Assembly (NCBI GenBank): GCA_965267335.1 | Contig: OZ253953.1 | Coordinates: 1,743,465 to 1,807,464, forward strand | From: Cytophagales bacterium | GTDB lineage: Bacteria; Bacteroidota; Bacteroidia; Cytophagales; JAAEPT01 | Direction of reading: 5' to 3' | DNA: 64,000 nucleotides | In this document: positions 19,921-30,332 of the stretch, one piece after another | Layout: each line of letters opens with the position of its first letter | Position numbering within the stretch: position 1 is the stretch's first letter | Translations under genes and position numbers: made by a program | The notes under the pieces: model-generated | Told to the model about the DNA's origin: nothing | The model's database searches: none | The model's input: only the letters and a program-made list of their open reading frames with translations

Positions 19921-21021
19921 TCAGTACTTATCGCTGTAAAATTTAGTCTTATCATTAAATTCCAATTGATGCTGACTAAACCATTCAAGGAAACGGTTCC
20001 ATTCGGTTTCATGGGTCGCTTTCCAGGATTTGAATTCATCAAAGTTACCGTTACTTAGTAGCCAGAAGTTATATGCTTCAAATACACCTTCGCTGATCAT
20101 TTGTTTGTTAAACTCAAACAAAGCTACCGGATATTTCTTTGCGTGATCCATACTGTAATACAAATCAATGAAACTGGTCCTTATGCTATTAAGTGAGTTG
20201 ATGTTAATACTATTTTGTCCTACGGCAGCGATACTTAGGGGTTGTTCATATGCTGAATTGGCAAATGGTAAGGTAAGTTTGTCCAGTAGGCTACTAGGGT
20301 TTTCTTCCAATTCTTCCATACTTATATTAATTACATTATCTGCTTTGCTGAAAGTTACATTTATTGATGTATCACCTTCGAAATGAATGTTGGAAGCGTA
20401 AGTATCGTATAATAGTTTTCCTATTTCGTGGGTTCGATGAGAGTTTTTTTCGAGATTCATAAATATCTCTCCGTAGATCATGCCCCATATTTTCTCAGAG
20501 GTGGCGCAGTAAATCAGTGTAGCCCTGTAATAGTTAGAAGGGAAATTGGGATCATTGAATATTCCTTTTTCGTAAAAACCGAGAGCCTCCCCATATTTTT
20601 TCTGTACCCAATAGACATTGCCTTTTTCAAGAAATAACTTTCCCGATTTAGGGAATTTCTTGAGTCCTTGATCATAAGTTTTAAGTGCCTTTTCTGGCTC
20701 TCCATTGATGTCATACAGGTTTCCAAGCATTTGATAACACTGGTCGGTTATGTCTTTGTATTTGATAACCTTTTTATAACTTCTCAGTGCCTCTTGATAA
20801 TCTTTATTAATGTAATGAGCAAACCCAATTTCATAGTCATAGATGTAGTAATCCGGGTCAAGTTTTTTCGCGCGATTGAGAAGTTCAATAGCTTTTGTGA
20901 CATTGCCACTGTCCATTAGTTGTACAGCCTTATCTTTTAATGCAAATGCTCGTTCTGTATCAGATTGGGCAAAAGAATAAGTGGCAATAAGAGAGAATAG
21001 GGTGATTTGTAGGAATTTCAT
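19921..21021 (-). CDS. secreted TPR-repeat protein (hypothetical)
   Basis: Signal peptide (SFAQ) and several TPR-like 34-aa units (A..Y...I...P.......LG..Y) in the N-terminal half. Confidence 0.65.
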   Translation of the reverse strand: MKFLQITLFSLIATYSFAQSDTERAFALKDKAVQLMDSGNVTKAIELLNRAKKLDPDYYIYDYEIGFAHYINKDYQEALRSYKKVIKYKDITDQCYQMLGNLYDINGEPEKALKTYDQGLKKFPKSGKLFLEKGNVYWVQKKYGEALGFYEKGIFNDPNFPSNYYRATLIYCATSEKIWGMIYGEIFMNLEKNSHRTHEIGKLLYDTYASNIHFEGDTSINVTFSKADNVINISMEELEENPSSLLDKLTLPFANSAYEQPLSIAAVGQNSININSLNSIRTSFIDLYYSMDHAKKYPVALFEFNKQMISEGVFEAYNFWLLSNGNFDEFKSWKATHETEWNRFLEWFSQHQLEFNDKTKFYSDKY

Positions 21022-21132
21022 TGAATGTGCTTTTCTTAAAGTATAACTGCGATTCTCTATTCCGGTAGAGCAGGCTATTACTTAAAGAATTGTATCAAAG
21101 TAGTGATTTTTTGTCACTTTTGGTGAGAGACA

Positions 21133-21468
21133 CTACTTTTTCTTGCTGGACTTAGCCTTTGGGTTGAATTCAAGACATTCGTCAACCCAAAATTCAAGGT
21201 CATCATCGGAGTCATATCCAAGTGCTTCAATAAACAGGTAACCTTTCATTGGGCGACCTCCGTGAATCATTTGTTCTGCTCCCTGGCGAGTGATCAGGTC
21301 GTCAGTTCTATTTGGGTCAACTCGTGCCATCAGGCCACCTTTGTAGAGACCAATGCACATCTTGTCATCAACCATAAAAGCACAGCCGCCAAACATTTTC
21401 TTTTCATCCCAGGTTATTTTTCTTTGTTGCAAAACTCTTCTCAGCCGGTCAAGTAAGAACTCATCCAT
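21133..21468 (-). CDS. TfoX/Sxy N-terminal domain protein
   Basis: 111 aa. The MFGGCAFMVDDKMCIGL...LMARV pattern matches the TfoX_N family. Confidence 0.65.
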   Translation of the reverse strand: MDEFLLDRLRRVLQQRKITWDEKKMFGGCAFMVDDKMCIGLYKGGLMARVDPNRTDDLITRQGAEQMIHGGRPMKGYLFIEALGYDSDDDLEFWVDECLEFNPKAKSSKKK

Positions 21469-21475
21469 AATTTTT

Positions 21476-22006
21476 TCATTTTACAATTTCATAATGGACC
21501 TGTGTTAAACCTGATTTGTAAGGAGTTGATTTTACGAATTTCAACTTTTGTTCCGGGCGACCATCAATGAATAATCTTTTGCCCTTGCCAAGTAGATGAG
21601 GTATGATTGAAATGATCATTTCATCGATGAGGGAGTGTTTCATAAGCTCCATGACAATTTCTCCGCCACCATCACAATATATATTTTTACCAAGCTTCCG
21701 TTTTAATTCTTGAATCAAGGAAAGCGGATCATTGTGATATTCAATATATTCTTCTTTACCGGTTCTTGACTTCGAGAGGACATAGACTTTTTTGTCCTTG
21801 TGAGGAAATTCAACCCCGAAAGATTGTACAGTATCATATGTTTTTCTTCCCCAGATAACGGTATCAACTGTTTCCATAAATTCGTGATACCCGTAGTCCT
21901 CGCCAGTACCGTCAACAACGGACAGAAAATCTACATTATCATCTTCAGTGGCAATATACCCATCAATACTCATTGCAATGTAAAGAATCACCTTACGTTC
22001 GCTCAT
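21476..22006 (-). CDS. dihydrofolate reductase family protein (RibD C-terminal domain-like)
   Basis: 176 aa. VILYIAMSIDGYIA ... VIWGRKTY ... YCDGGGEIV are typical of the RibD_C/DHFR-like family. Confidence 0.75.
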   Translation of the reverse strand: MSERKVILYIAMSIDGYIATEDDNVDFLSVVDGTGEDYGYHEFMETVDTVIWGRKTYDTVQSFGVEFPHKDKKVYVLSKSRTGKEEYIEYHNDPLSLIQELKRKLGKNIYCDGGGEIVMELMKHSLIDEMIISIIPHLLGKGKRLFIDGRPEQKLKFVKSTPYKSGLTQVHYEIVK

Positions 22007-22235
22007 CGTTCTTAGGATTAGAATTTATTTATAGAAGGTACGATTAATTTTGAGAATGCATTATGTTTTAAGGAATAGTAAACTGAAAAATACTGCCTTT
22101 CTTTAGTGTTGGGTCAATCTAAATTCCGCCTCCATGGAATTCAACCATTTTTAGCAAAGGGCTAGCCGAAAGCGGAGCGATTGTGATCTGTAGTTAGCTC
22201 ACATTATCTAAGTGATTGGAATGGAAACAGGTCAA

Positions 22236-23009
22236 TTAAAAACCAAACCCGCCACTTTCTTGTAACAAGCTTCTTTGAGTCAGACTTTCAACGACCGTTG
22301 CATTCAGTGTTATGGTGTGTAAATTGTTTTTTCTATCATTAGTGAATATGGTAACCTTTTCTTTGACATCCCCCAAAGATCTTGGAAAATAGGTCAATTC
22401 AAGTGTTGCCGATTCGCCTGCCGGTATTTCTACTTTATCCACTTTATAAGTAACACACTTACAGCCAGCTTGCACGTTTTCTATTTTAAGAGGGTCTTTG
22501 CCAGTATTCGAAACAATAAAGCTGTAACTCTTATTCTTGTTTTTTTCTATTTTTCCAAAGCTATGCTCAGCCTTGTCAATGCTGAACGTTGGCGAATTTT
22601 TGATCTGTTCTTCTGTGTAGACGGGCTTATCTTCCTTTTTGTTTACAATACCTCTGATATGAACAACCACGTGTTCATTCTCTGCATTTGACACAACATT
22701 AACAGCCTTATTAAACGCACCTGGTCTACCATGACTGTTGTAGATAACCTTAATGGAACCAGTGTCTCCCGGTGCGATGGGAGCTTTTGACCAGAAAGGA
22801 GAGGTGCACCCACAAGAGGGCTTTACTGATTGAAGACGTAAGGTATCATCACCAATGTTTTTGAACCGAAATAAGTAAGTAGGCTTAGCACCTTCTTCCA
22901 CTACTCCAAAATCATGTGTGTTTTTTTCAAACTCAATTTTGCCCTGTGAAAAGGAGCATATACTAATTGAAAACGCTGAAACCAGTAAGAATAATACTTT
23001 GATATTCAT
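22236..23009 (-). CDS. DUF1573 domain protein (two tandem domains)
   Basis: Signal peptide followed by two copies of the FDFG/HSFG...G....F.F.N.G...L.I..V..SCGCT/GCKCV pattern. Confidence 0.8.
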   Translation of the reverse strand: MNIKVLFLLVSAFSISICSFSQGKIEFEKNTHDFGVVEEGAKPTYLFRFKNIGDDTLRLQSVKPSCGCTSPFWSKAPIAPGDTGSIKVIYNSHGRPGAFNKAVNVVSNAENEHVVVHIRGIVNKKEDKPVYTEEQIKNSPTFSIDKAEHSFGKIEKNKNKSYSFIVSNTGKDPLKIENVQAGCKCVTYKVDKVEIPAGESATLELTYFPRSLGDVKEKVTIFTNDRKNNLHTITLNATVVESLTQRSLLQESGGFGF

Positions 23010-23131
23010 AGTAACAAGTATTTGTGCTGTCTACATTAACCTCTAGTATACCAAAATTATTCCAAAAATTTGTTGTAGTCAATTCCGTATTGTTTAATTA
23101 TTTTTGGCGAGGGCTTAAATCCAAGTTAGCT

Positions 23132-25585
23132 TTGTCAATCAAAAAATTTCTCCAGGAATATAATTTAACTAAGGAAAGTATACTTGAAGACCTCTATTTG
23201 TGTATTGCAAGTAGGGAAGCCAGTCTTATTGGCCGGAAAGAGGTGTTCATGGGAAAGGCCAAATTTGGAATTTTTGGCGATGGGAAGGAATTGCCCCAGG
23301 TCGTTCTTGCCAGATACTTTGCAAAAGGAGATTTCAGGTCTGGTTACTATAGGGACCAAACACTCATGTTTGCTTTGGGTGATTACAAAATTAAGGAGTT
23401 TTTTGCTCAGCTCTATGCTCATCCCAGTATTGAAAAAGAACCGGTTTCCGGAGGTAGACTGATGACAGGTCACTTCGGTACGAAGTTCGTAGATGAAAAA
23501 GGCGATTGGATTGATCTCACCAAACACTATAATTCTACTACCGATATTTCTCCAACGGCAGCTCAAATGCCGCGCTTGGTTGGTTTGGGATATGCGTCAA
23601 AGTTATTTAAAGAAAACAAAGATTTACATCAGTACATAACATTGTCCAAAAAGGGTAATGAAGTCGCTTTTGGGACGATTGGTAATGCGTCTTGTGCGGA
23701 GGGAGCTTTTCTTGAGTCTATCAATGCTGCCGCAGTTCTTCAGGTACCTACTCATATTTCTGTTTGGGATGATGGTTATGGAATCTCTGTGCCACAAGAG
23801 CTCCAAATCGCTAAAAGCAGTATTTCAGAGACTCTGGCTGGATTGCAAAGGAAGAATAAAGACGAGAAAGCCTTTGAGATATTTGTAGTCAGGGGTTGGG
23901 ATTATGAGGAGATGCATAAGGCTTACAAAAAGTCCGTGGAGGTCTGTAGAAAGGAACACGTACCTGTGTTGGTACATGTGACCGAACTGACACAACCACA
24001 AGGACATTCTACATCAGGTTCACACGAAAGGTATAAATCCAAAGAAAGACTCGATTGGGAGGCTAAACATGATTGTATTGATAAATTCAAGGACTGGATC
24101 ATTACCAATAAAATCGCGACTAAAGAAGAGGTCGAGCAAACAGAAGAAAGAGCTGATAAGTTCAGCAAGGAACAACGAAAGGAAGCTTGGAAAGAATACC
24201 AGGGAGATTTAGCCAAAGAGCGAGACCAGTTGATCGGTCATATGAACGCACTGATCTCAGAGGGAGCCATAAGATCTTCTGAAATTGCTCAGATGAGAGA
24301 CGAACTTCTGGGATTGAAAAGCCTTCAGCTTCGAAATGTGATAGAAACTCTGAAGAGAACAATACGACTTGTAAGGGAAGATGAAATTTCTTCCAAGTAT
24401 GCCATCGTAGATTGGCATCAGAAAATGAAAAGAATAAATCACCATCGTTACAGTGCCTTTCTTTTCAACGAAACAGAATATTCCGCTATCAAAGTCCCCG
24501 TTGTTGAGGCTCAGTATTCTGAAAACAGTCCGATGGTTGATGGGCGACAAGTACTTCAAGCTTGCTTTGATGATATGCTTGGTCGTGATCCGCGTGTTTT
24601 TGCAATAGGTGAGGATGTAGGTAAGATTGGGGATGTGAATCAGGGTTTTGCAGGGCTTCAGGAGAAGCATGGAGAATTGAGAGTCACAGATACAGGTATC
24701 AGGGAGACTACTATAGTGGGGCAGGCCATTGGAGCAGCAATGCGTGGGTTGAGACCAATAGCCGAGATTCAATATCTCGATTACATCTATTATGCTATTC
24801 AAACGCTAACAGATGATCTGGCTACCGTTCAATATCGATCATTCGGACAACAAATTGCTCCCGTAATTATCAGAACGCGAGGTCATAGACTGGAAGGTGT
24901 GTGGCATTCCGGAAGTCCGACCAGTGCGATATTGAATAGTATTCGTGGTATGTATTTTTGTGTTCCCCGAAATATGACTCAGGCTGCAGGTATGTACAAT
25001 ACAATGCTTGAATCTAATGATTCCGCTGTTATTGTTGAATGTCTGAATGCTTATAGATTGAAAGAAAAACTTCCGGATAACATTGGAGAGTTTAAAGTTC
25101 CATTAGGTATTCCGGAGATATTAAGACAAGGGACGGATGTTACGGCAGTGACTTATGGTTCTATGACCCGAATTGTAGAATCTGCTGCAGATGCTTTAAT
25201 GGAGGCCGGTATATCGGTAGAAATTATTGATGTACAAACCTTGATTCCTTTTGATCTGAACAAAGTGATTTTAGAGTCATTGAAAAAGACGAATCGTGTC
25301 ATTTTCTGTGATGAAGACGTACCTGGGGGCTCAACAGCCTATATGATGCAGCAAGTCCTTGAAATGCATGGTGGATATCACTATTTGGACTCTAAGCCTA
25401 AAACTATTCATTCGTGGGCTCACAGGCCCGCCTATGCTACTGATGGTGATTACTTTTCAAAGCCGAATGCTGAGGATGTGTTCGATTACATATACGAAAT
25501 AATGCATGAGGTAAACCCTGAGAGGTTTCCTGCCCTCTATTCCAATTATAATATTAAGTATAAGAAATACCCTTTTAAAGAATAA
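23132..25585 (+). CDS. fused alpha/beta E1 component of a 2-oxoacid dehydrogenase (TPP-dependent)
   Basis: The N-terminal half resembles E1-alpha and the C-terminal half resembles E1-beta/transketolase-like (GEDVG...GGVF-type, C-terminal domain). The start is uncertain. The ORF is open from GTG 23024, only 14 nt from a divergent gene, so the TTG at 23132 is used here. Confidence 0.8.
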   Translation: MSIKKFLQEYNLTKESILEDLYLCIASREASLIGRKEVFMGKAKFGIFGDGKELPQVVLARYFAKGDFRSGYYRDQTLMFALGDYKIKEFFAQLYAHPSIEKEPVSGGRLMTGHFGTKFVDEKGDWIDLTKHYNSTTDISPTAAQMPRLVGLGYASKLFKENKDLHQYITLSKKGNEVAFGTIGNASCAEGAFLESINAAAVLQVPTHISVWDDGYGISVPQELQIAKSSISETLAGLQRKNKDEKAFEIFVVRGWDYEEMHKAYKKSVEVCRKEHVPVLVHVTELTQPQGHSTSGSHERYKSKERLDWEAKHDCIDKFKDWIITNKIATKEEVEQTEERADKFSKEQRKEAWKEYQGDLAKERDQLIGHMNALISEGAIRSSEIAQMRDELLGLKSLQLRNVIETLKRTIRLVREDEISSKYAIVDWHQKMKRINHHRYSAFLFNETEYSAIKVPVVEAQYSENSPMVDGRQVLQACFDDMLGRDPRVFAIGEDVGKIGDVNQGFAGLQEKHGELRVTDTGIRETTIVGQAIGAAMRGLRPIAEIQYLDYIYYAIQTLTDDLATVQYRSFGQQIAPVIIRTRGHRLEGVWHSGSPTSAILNSIRGMYFCVPRNMTQAAGMYNTMLESNDSAVIVECLNAYRLKEKLPDNIGEFKVPLGIPEILRQGTDVTAVTYGSMTRIVESAADALMEAGISVEIIDVQTLIPFDLNKVILESLKKTNRVIFCDEDVPGGSTAYMMQQVLEMHGGYHYLDSKPKTIHSWAHRPAYATDGDYFSKPNAEDVFDYIYEIMHEVNPERFPALYSNYNIKYKKYPFKE

Positions 25586-25590
25586 GGGGT

Positions 25591-26085
25591 TTATTCCAGA
25601 ATGGTGATTGGGTCGGTTTCTATAGTGTTACTGGTATTTCCTGCCTGATCAATAATATAAACTCGAAACTTAAGTGTATCACCTTTCTCAAGATCAGGGT
25701 TACTGATGGCAGCAGTTTCCAGCATGATGGTAGAGTAATCGAGTAGTCCGTCAATTGGGCCTGTATAATTTTCAGGTGCCAGTTCGGAAAATTTCCCACC
25801 TAAGTCTATTGGGGTGCCAAGTGGATTAAAAACTCCATTGGTACTTTTTAAGGTTTGGACAATGTAATTATCCGGATCTGATGTGTCACTGGTACCCAGG
25901 TCTCCATCTCCATCTTGAAAATATATTGTGATGATAATGGAATCGTTTTGTGCGGTAGTAATTGTATCTACATAGCTTTCCTTCCGTATTTTCTCAAATT
26001 TTATGGTGGGAGTTTTGTCATACTCCGGTCCCCTGGAGCAGGATAAAAAAAAGAGCGGGATTGCTATATAAGCTATATATCTCAA
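25591..26085 (-). CDS. lipoprotein (hypothetical)
   Basis: 164 aa with a lipobox FFLSCS and a beta-rich mature part. Confidence 0.55.
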   Translation of the reverse strand: MRYIAYIAIPLFFLSCSRGPEYDKTPTIKFEKIRKESYVDTITTAQNDSIIITIYFQDGDGDLGTSDTSDPDNYIVQTLKSTNGVFNPLGTPIDLGGKFSELAPENYTGPIDGLLDYSTIMLETAAISNPDLEKGDTLKFRVYIIDQAGNTSNTIETDPITILE

Positions 26086-26143
26086 GAGGATTGTATAAAT
26101 TTACAATTTCAACGAAGGACTTATCAGTTTATTCTTTTAGCGT

Positions 26144-27118
26144 TTGCAAAGTAAGTTTAAAAATAAGCTTTTTTCTCTGAATTCGGACAATTTTACTGAA
26201 CACGCGTTATCACTGTTTCGGTTTCAGGCCACAAATAATGAGGTGTACAATAAGTACCTTTCGTTACTTGGGATTGATCATAAATTGGTGAATTCGTTAG
26301 ATGAAATCCCTTTTTTGCCCATCAGCTTCTTTAAATCGCACAAGATCTTTTGTTCCGGTATAGAACCTCAGGTGACTTTCAAGTCTAGTGGAACAGGAGG
26401 CATTAGGAGCAAGCATTACGTTTCGGAGGTTGATTTCTATTTAGAGAATTGCAGAAGAATATTTGAATACTTTTATGGTCAAATAGAAGGGATGGCCGTT
26501 TTTGGTTTGCTGCCGTCTTATCTTGAGAGAGAGGGTTCTTCGCTGGTATATATGGTTGATCATTTTGTTAAGCTCTCAAAAAATGAACTATCCGGGTTTT
26601 ACCTTGATCAGTACGATGAATTACTGAACGTAATTGCAACGTCCAAGGAGAGAAATCAAAAAGTTCTATTAATAGGAGTGAGTTTCGCCCTGCTCGACTT
26701 GGCAGAAAAGTTTAAAATTGACCTGAGTGGTGTCACTGTGATGGAGACGGGAGGGATGAAAGGCAGACGGGAAGAACTTACCAGAAGCGAATTACATGAA
26801 GTGCTTCAAGAGTCATTCAACCTCGATCAAATTCATAGTGAGTATGGAATGACCGAGCTCCTCTCACAGGCATATTCTAAGGGAGATGGGATTTTTGAGA
26901 CAGCACCATGGATGAAGGTTCTGCTGAGACCGATTACCGACCCTTTTGGAATTGAGAAAAATAAGACCGGAGTACTCAAGATTATTGACCTCGCAAATGT
27001 AGATTCATGTGCCTTTATCGAGACACAGGACCTGGGGAGGATAGTTGGAAATCAGGCCTTCACGGTTGAGGGACGCCTGGACAACTCTGATCTTCGGGGA
27101 TGTAATCTTTTGCTATAA
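26144..27118 (+). CDS. LuxE/PaaK-like acyl-adenylate forming enzyme (acyl-protein synthetase family)
   Basis: SSGTGG..SKH, ETGGMKGRR and SEYGMTE motifs in the order seen in the LuxE-type adenylating superfamily. The start is TTG. Confidence 0.65.
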   Translation: MQSKFKNKLFSLNSDNFTEHALSLFRFQATNNEVYNKYLSLLGIDHKLVNSLDEIPFLPISFFKSHKIFCSGIEPQVTFKSSGTGGIRSKHYVSEVDFYLENCRRIFEYFYGQIEGMAVFGLLPSYLEREGSSLVYMVDHFVKLSKNELSGFYLDQYDELLNVIATSKERNQKVLLIGVSFALLDLAEKFKIDLSGVTVMETGGMKGRREELTRSELHEVLQESFNLDQIHSEYGMTELLSQAYSKGDGIFETAPWMKVLLRPITDPFGIEKNKTGVLKIIDLANVDSCAFIETQDLGRIVGNQAFTVEGRLDNSDLRGCNLLL

Positions 27119-27208
27119 GGTCAATTTTTATATTTTTGTATGGATTAAAGCAAAAAGCAAACATTTTTTTACTCTTATTGTTAAGGTACTAATTCACTGT
27201 TAAAGATT

Positions 27209-28954
27209 ATGGAATCACTATCAGGTGATTATATTGGCGAGTTAAAGGGACATCCCCTAAAGAGGTTTTTTAGGTTATTGGCTCTGGAGCGAAAGGATGT
27301 TGGATTAGTTTATGCCTATGCAATCATGAGTGGTCTGATTAATCTTTCGTTACCACTTGGTATACAGGCAATTATGTCTCTTGTGATGGCGGGTCAGGTC
27401 AGTTCATCGTGGATGGTTCTTGTGGTTATTGTCATCATTGGAATCATATTTTCTTCAGCCTTACAAATTATGCAGCTTTCAATCATTGAGAGGATGCAAC
27501 AAAGGATATTTACGAGAGCATCTTTTGAATTTGCGTTCCGTATTCCGAGAATGGAATTGGAGGCAATGATCAAGCAATATGCACCTGAGTTGATGAACCG
27601 GTTCTTTGATATTATGACCATTCAGAAAGGCTTAGGTAAGATTTTGGTCGATTTTACAGCCGCAGCTCTTCAAATAATTTTCAGTTTGATCCTGTTGGCT
27701 TTCTATCACCCGTTTTTCGTATTTCATGGTGTTATTGTTCTATCACTGATCATATTTTTCTTTTATGTATCCAGCCCAAAAGGAATCAGAACAAGTTTAG
27801 AGGAGTCAAATGCTAAATATAAAGTAGCACACTGGCTTGAAGAATTAGCCAGGTCCATGAATATATTCAAGTTGGCAGGTTATACGGAAATGCCACTTAA
27901 AGAGACTGATAAGCAAGTTGACCGTTATATTGATGCCAGAAGGAAGCACTTTAAAGTGCTAGTGTGGCAATACATTTATATGGGAGGCTTCAAGGTACTG
28001 GTCACAGCCGGATTGTTGATTATCGGTAGTATGCTTGTTTTCAATAGGGAGATTAATATTGGTCAATTCGTAGCCTCTGAGATTATCATTATTATTATCC
28101 TAGGATCAGTTGAAAAGCTTGTTACGACTATTGAAACCATTTACGATGTATTGACTGGCCTTGAAAAGCTAGGAGCTATAATCGATCATCCGGTCGAAGG
28201 AGAAGAAGGAATTCCATTTGAGGAAATCGATAATGGAAAAGGTATAGAAATCGTGTTTGATAATGTTTCATATACTTATCCCACAACGAATCACCCCGCG
28301 CTGCGCAATCTCAGTATGAAGGTAGGTTCTGGCGAGAAAGTGTGTGTGGCAGGTTATACAGCCTCGGGAGCCTCTACATTGATCAACTTATCCGCAAGTT
28401 TGCTTCATCAATTTGATGGTACCATCAAGTTCAATAACATAACAATGAGGAACCTGAATCTCATTAGTTTAAGATCATATGTTGGGGAAAACCTTTCCAA
28501 CAATGAAATCATGAACGGTACCATAGAGGAAAATATCAGTATGGGGCGTGATGATATTACTTTTGCAGATGTACTAAAGGCTTGTGAATCGGTAGGTCTC
28601 AAAGACTTTGTGATGGGACTACCACAAGGTTTCGACACTAAAATAATACAGAACGATCTTACCATTCCTGACAGTATTGCTGTAAAAATTAATATCGCCA
28701 GAAGTATTGCGGAGAACCCTCAACTGTTTGTAATGGATGAGCCTTTGCAGAACATGGAGAAAGTGGACCGTGTCAGGATTGCAGAGTTTTTGACGAAAGG
28801 AAAAGATTGGACATTGTTGGTGGCTTCAAACGATGCGGCAATGGCTTCCATGTGTGATAGAATAATTATCCTTAAAGAAGGACGGATTGTGGATGAAGGT
28901 ACGTTTGATGAGTTGTCGAAAAAGCCTTTTTTCTATGAAATTTTTGAACATTAA
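27209..28954 (+). CDS. T1SS-type ABC exporter (6-TM domain plus nucleotide-binding domain) with degenerate ATPase motifs
   Basis: 581 aa with an ABC exporter TMD and then an NBD-like fold. Walker A reads GYTASGAST, with no Lys. The signature is absent (TIPDSIAVKINIARS). Walker B FVMDEP is retained. The H-loop position reads LLVASND. Confidence 0.8.
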   Translation: MESLSGDYIGELKGHPLKRFFRLLALERKDVGLVYAYAIMSGLINLSLPLGIQAIMSLVMAGQVSSSWMVLVVIVIIGIIFSSALQIMQLSIIERMQQRIFTRASFEFAFRIPRMELEAMIKQYAPELMNRFFDIMTIQKGLGKILVDFTAAALQIIFSLILLAFYHPFFVFHGVIVLSLIIFFFYVSSPKGIRTSLEESNAKYKVAHWLEELARSMNIFKLAGYTEMPLKETDKQVDRYIDARRKHFKVLVWQYIYMGGFKVLVTAGLLIIGSMLVFNREINIGQFVASEIIIIIILGSVEKLVTTIETIYDVLTGLEKLGAIIDHPVEGEEGIPFEEIDNGKGIEIVFDNVSYTYPTTNHPALRNLSMKVGSGEKVCVAGYTASGASTLINLSASLLHQFDGTIKFNNITMRNLNLISLRSYVGENLSNNEIMNGTIEENISMGRDDITFADVLKACESVGLKDFVMGLPQGFDTKIIQNDLTIPDSIAVKINIARSIAENPQLFVMDEPLQNMEKVDRVRIAEFLTKGKDWTLLVASNDAAMASMCDRIIILKEGRIVDEGTFDELSKKPFFYEIFEH

Positions 28955-28967
28955 TTGTACTCGGTAA

Positions 28968-30332
28968 ATGGTCAAGAATATTAAAATAACGGTAGACGAA
29001 ACGAAGTACAAATCTTTTCAGAAAGTACAAAGTATCAATGGTATACGAAAGTTTTCCAGATGGCTAATGGCGTTTTTTGGTATACTCGTTATTATTCTCT
29101 TTCTGCCCTGGACTCAGAACGTGCAGGGATATGGAAAACTAACAACACTCAGACCCGAGCAACGTCCACAAAAGATCAATTCTGTGATCAGTGGACGGAT
29201 AGAAAAATGGAATATCATTGAAGGACAACATGTTAGGAAAGGGGATACCCTGGTAAAAATTTCAGAGGTTAAAGATGCCTATTTTGATCCGGAGTTACTG
29301 GATCGTACCAAACTTCAGTTAGAAGCTAAGAAACTAACCGTTAAGTCGTATGATCAAAAGGTTACCGCACTTGAAAATCAGCTTGCAGCCTTACGCAAAG
29401 AATACAGGCTGAAACAGCAACAAGCCAGAAACAAAGTACGTCAGGCCAAGCTGAAGTTATTGGCGGATAGCACTGACTTTGTCATAGCAAAAGTCAACTT
29501 TGATATCGCTTCCAATAGGCTTCGCAGGGCTGATAGTCTTTATTCAAAGGGTATTATTTCACTGACCAAATTGGAAGAGCGTCAAATGAAGTTTCAAGGT
29601 GCCACCAACAAAAGGATCAGCGCTGAAAACAAATACATTATTAGTCAGAACTCATTGATTAACGCAGAGTTAGATCTTAATAATGTAAACAATATGTACA
29701 TTGGCAAGATATCAAAGGCCGAATCAGATAAATATTCGGCTCAGTCGGCTCTTTTTGATGGAAGAGCGGGTGTGGCAAAATTAGAAAATCAGTTAACCAA
29801 CTATACCATTCGAAGGGGCTACTATAACATTATTGCACCGATAGATGCTTATGTTGTAAAGACCTATAAACCAGGACTTGGAGAAATTGTAAAGGAGGGT
29901 AGTCCGATTATTGAGCTAATGCCGACTAATATTGAAATTGCTACCGCTATCTACATAAGACCGGTTGACCTTCCATTGATTAAAATTGGTGAAAAAGTAC
30001 GTTTGACGTTTGATGGTTGGCCTTCATTGGTGTTTTCAGGATGGCCATCTACCTCTTTCGGAACTTTTGGTGGTGAGGTATACGCAGTCGACAAGGTGGC
30101 TACACCAGCAGGGAAATTCAGAGTACTCATTATTCCTGACCCTACCGACATTGCATGGCCTGATAAACTCAGAGTGGGTTCGGGAGCTACAGGAATTTTC
30201 TTATTAAACGAAGTGCCCGTGTATTACGAAATCTGGCGTCAGATCAACGGGTTCCCACCTGAATTTTATGATGGCAGTAAGAGTAAATATGAGTTGGACG
30301 AGACGCTGGATGGGAAGTATCACACTAAATGA
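28968..30332 (+). CDS. HlyD family membrane fusion protein
   Basis: N-terminal TM, a lipoyl-like segment (G..V.KGD.L), a long coiled-coil and a C-terminal beta-barrel, located between the ABC and TolC genes. Confidence 0.85.
   Translation: MVKNIKITVDETKYKSFQKVQSINGIRKFSRWLMAFFGILVIILFLPWTQNVQGYGKLTTLRPEQRPQKINSVISGRIEKWNIIEGQHVRKGDTLVKISEVKDAYFDPELLDRTKLQLEAKKLTVKSYDQKVTALENQLAALRKEYRLKQQQARNKVRQAKLKLLADSTDFVIAKVNFDIASNRLRRADSLYSKGIISLTKLEERQMKFQGATNKRISAENKYIISQNSLINAELDLNNVNNMYIGKISKAESDKYSAQSALFDGRAGVAKLENQLTNYTIRRGYYNIIAPIDAYVVKTYKPGLGEIVKEGSPIIELMPTNIEIATAIYIRPVDLPLIKIGEKVRLTFDGWPSLVFSGWPSTSFGTFGGEVYAVDKVATPAGKFRVLIIPDPTDIAWPDKLRVGSGATGIFLLNEVPVYYEIWRQINGFPPEFYDGSKSKYELDETLDGKYHTK

Noticed and set aside
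22007-22235. 229-bp leader upstream of the DHFR-family gene with short hairpins (GAATTCC...GGAATT, GGCTAGCC), considered as a riboswitch (THF-like) or a terminator
   Set aside because: I could not recognise any known riboswitch consensus. The hairpins are short and lack flanking U-runs. A covariance-model scan would be needed before making any claim.
23024-23131. GTG start at 23024 for the fused E1 gene
   Set aside because: It would leave only 14 nt to the divergent DUF1573 gene start and would add a non-homologous-looking N-terminus. A downstream start, such as the TTG at 23132, is more plausible. The exact site remains unresolved.
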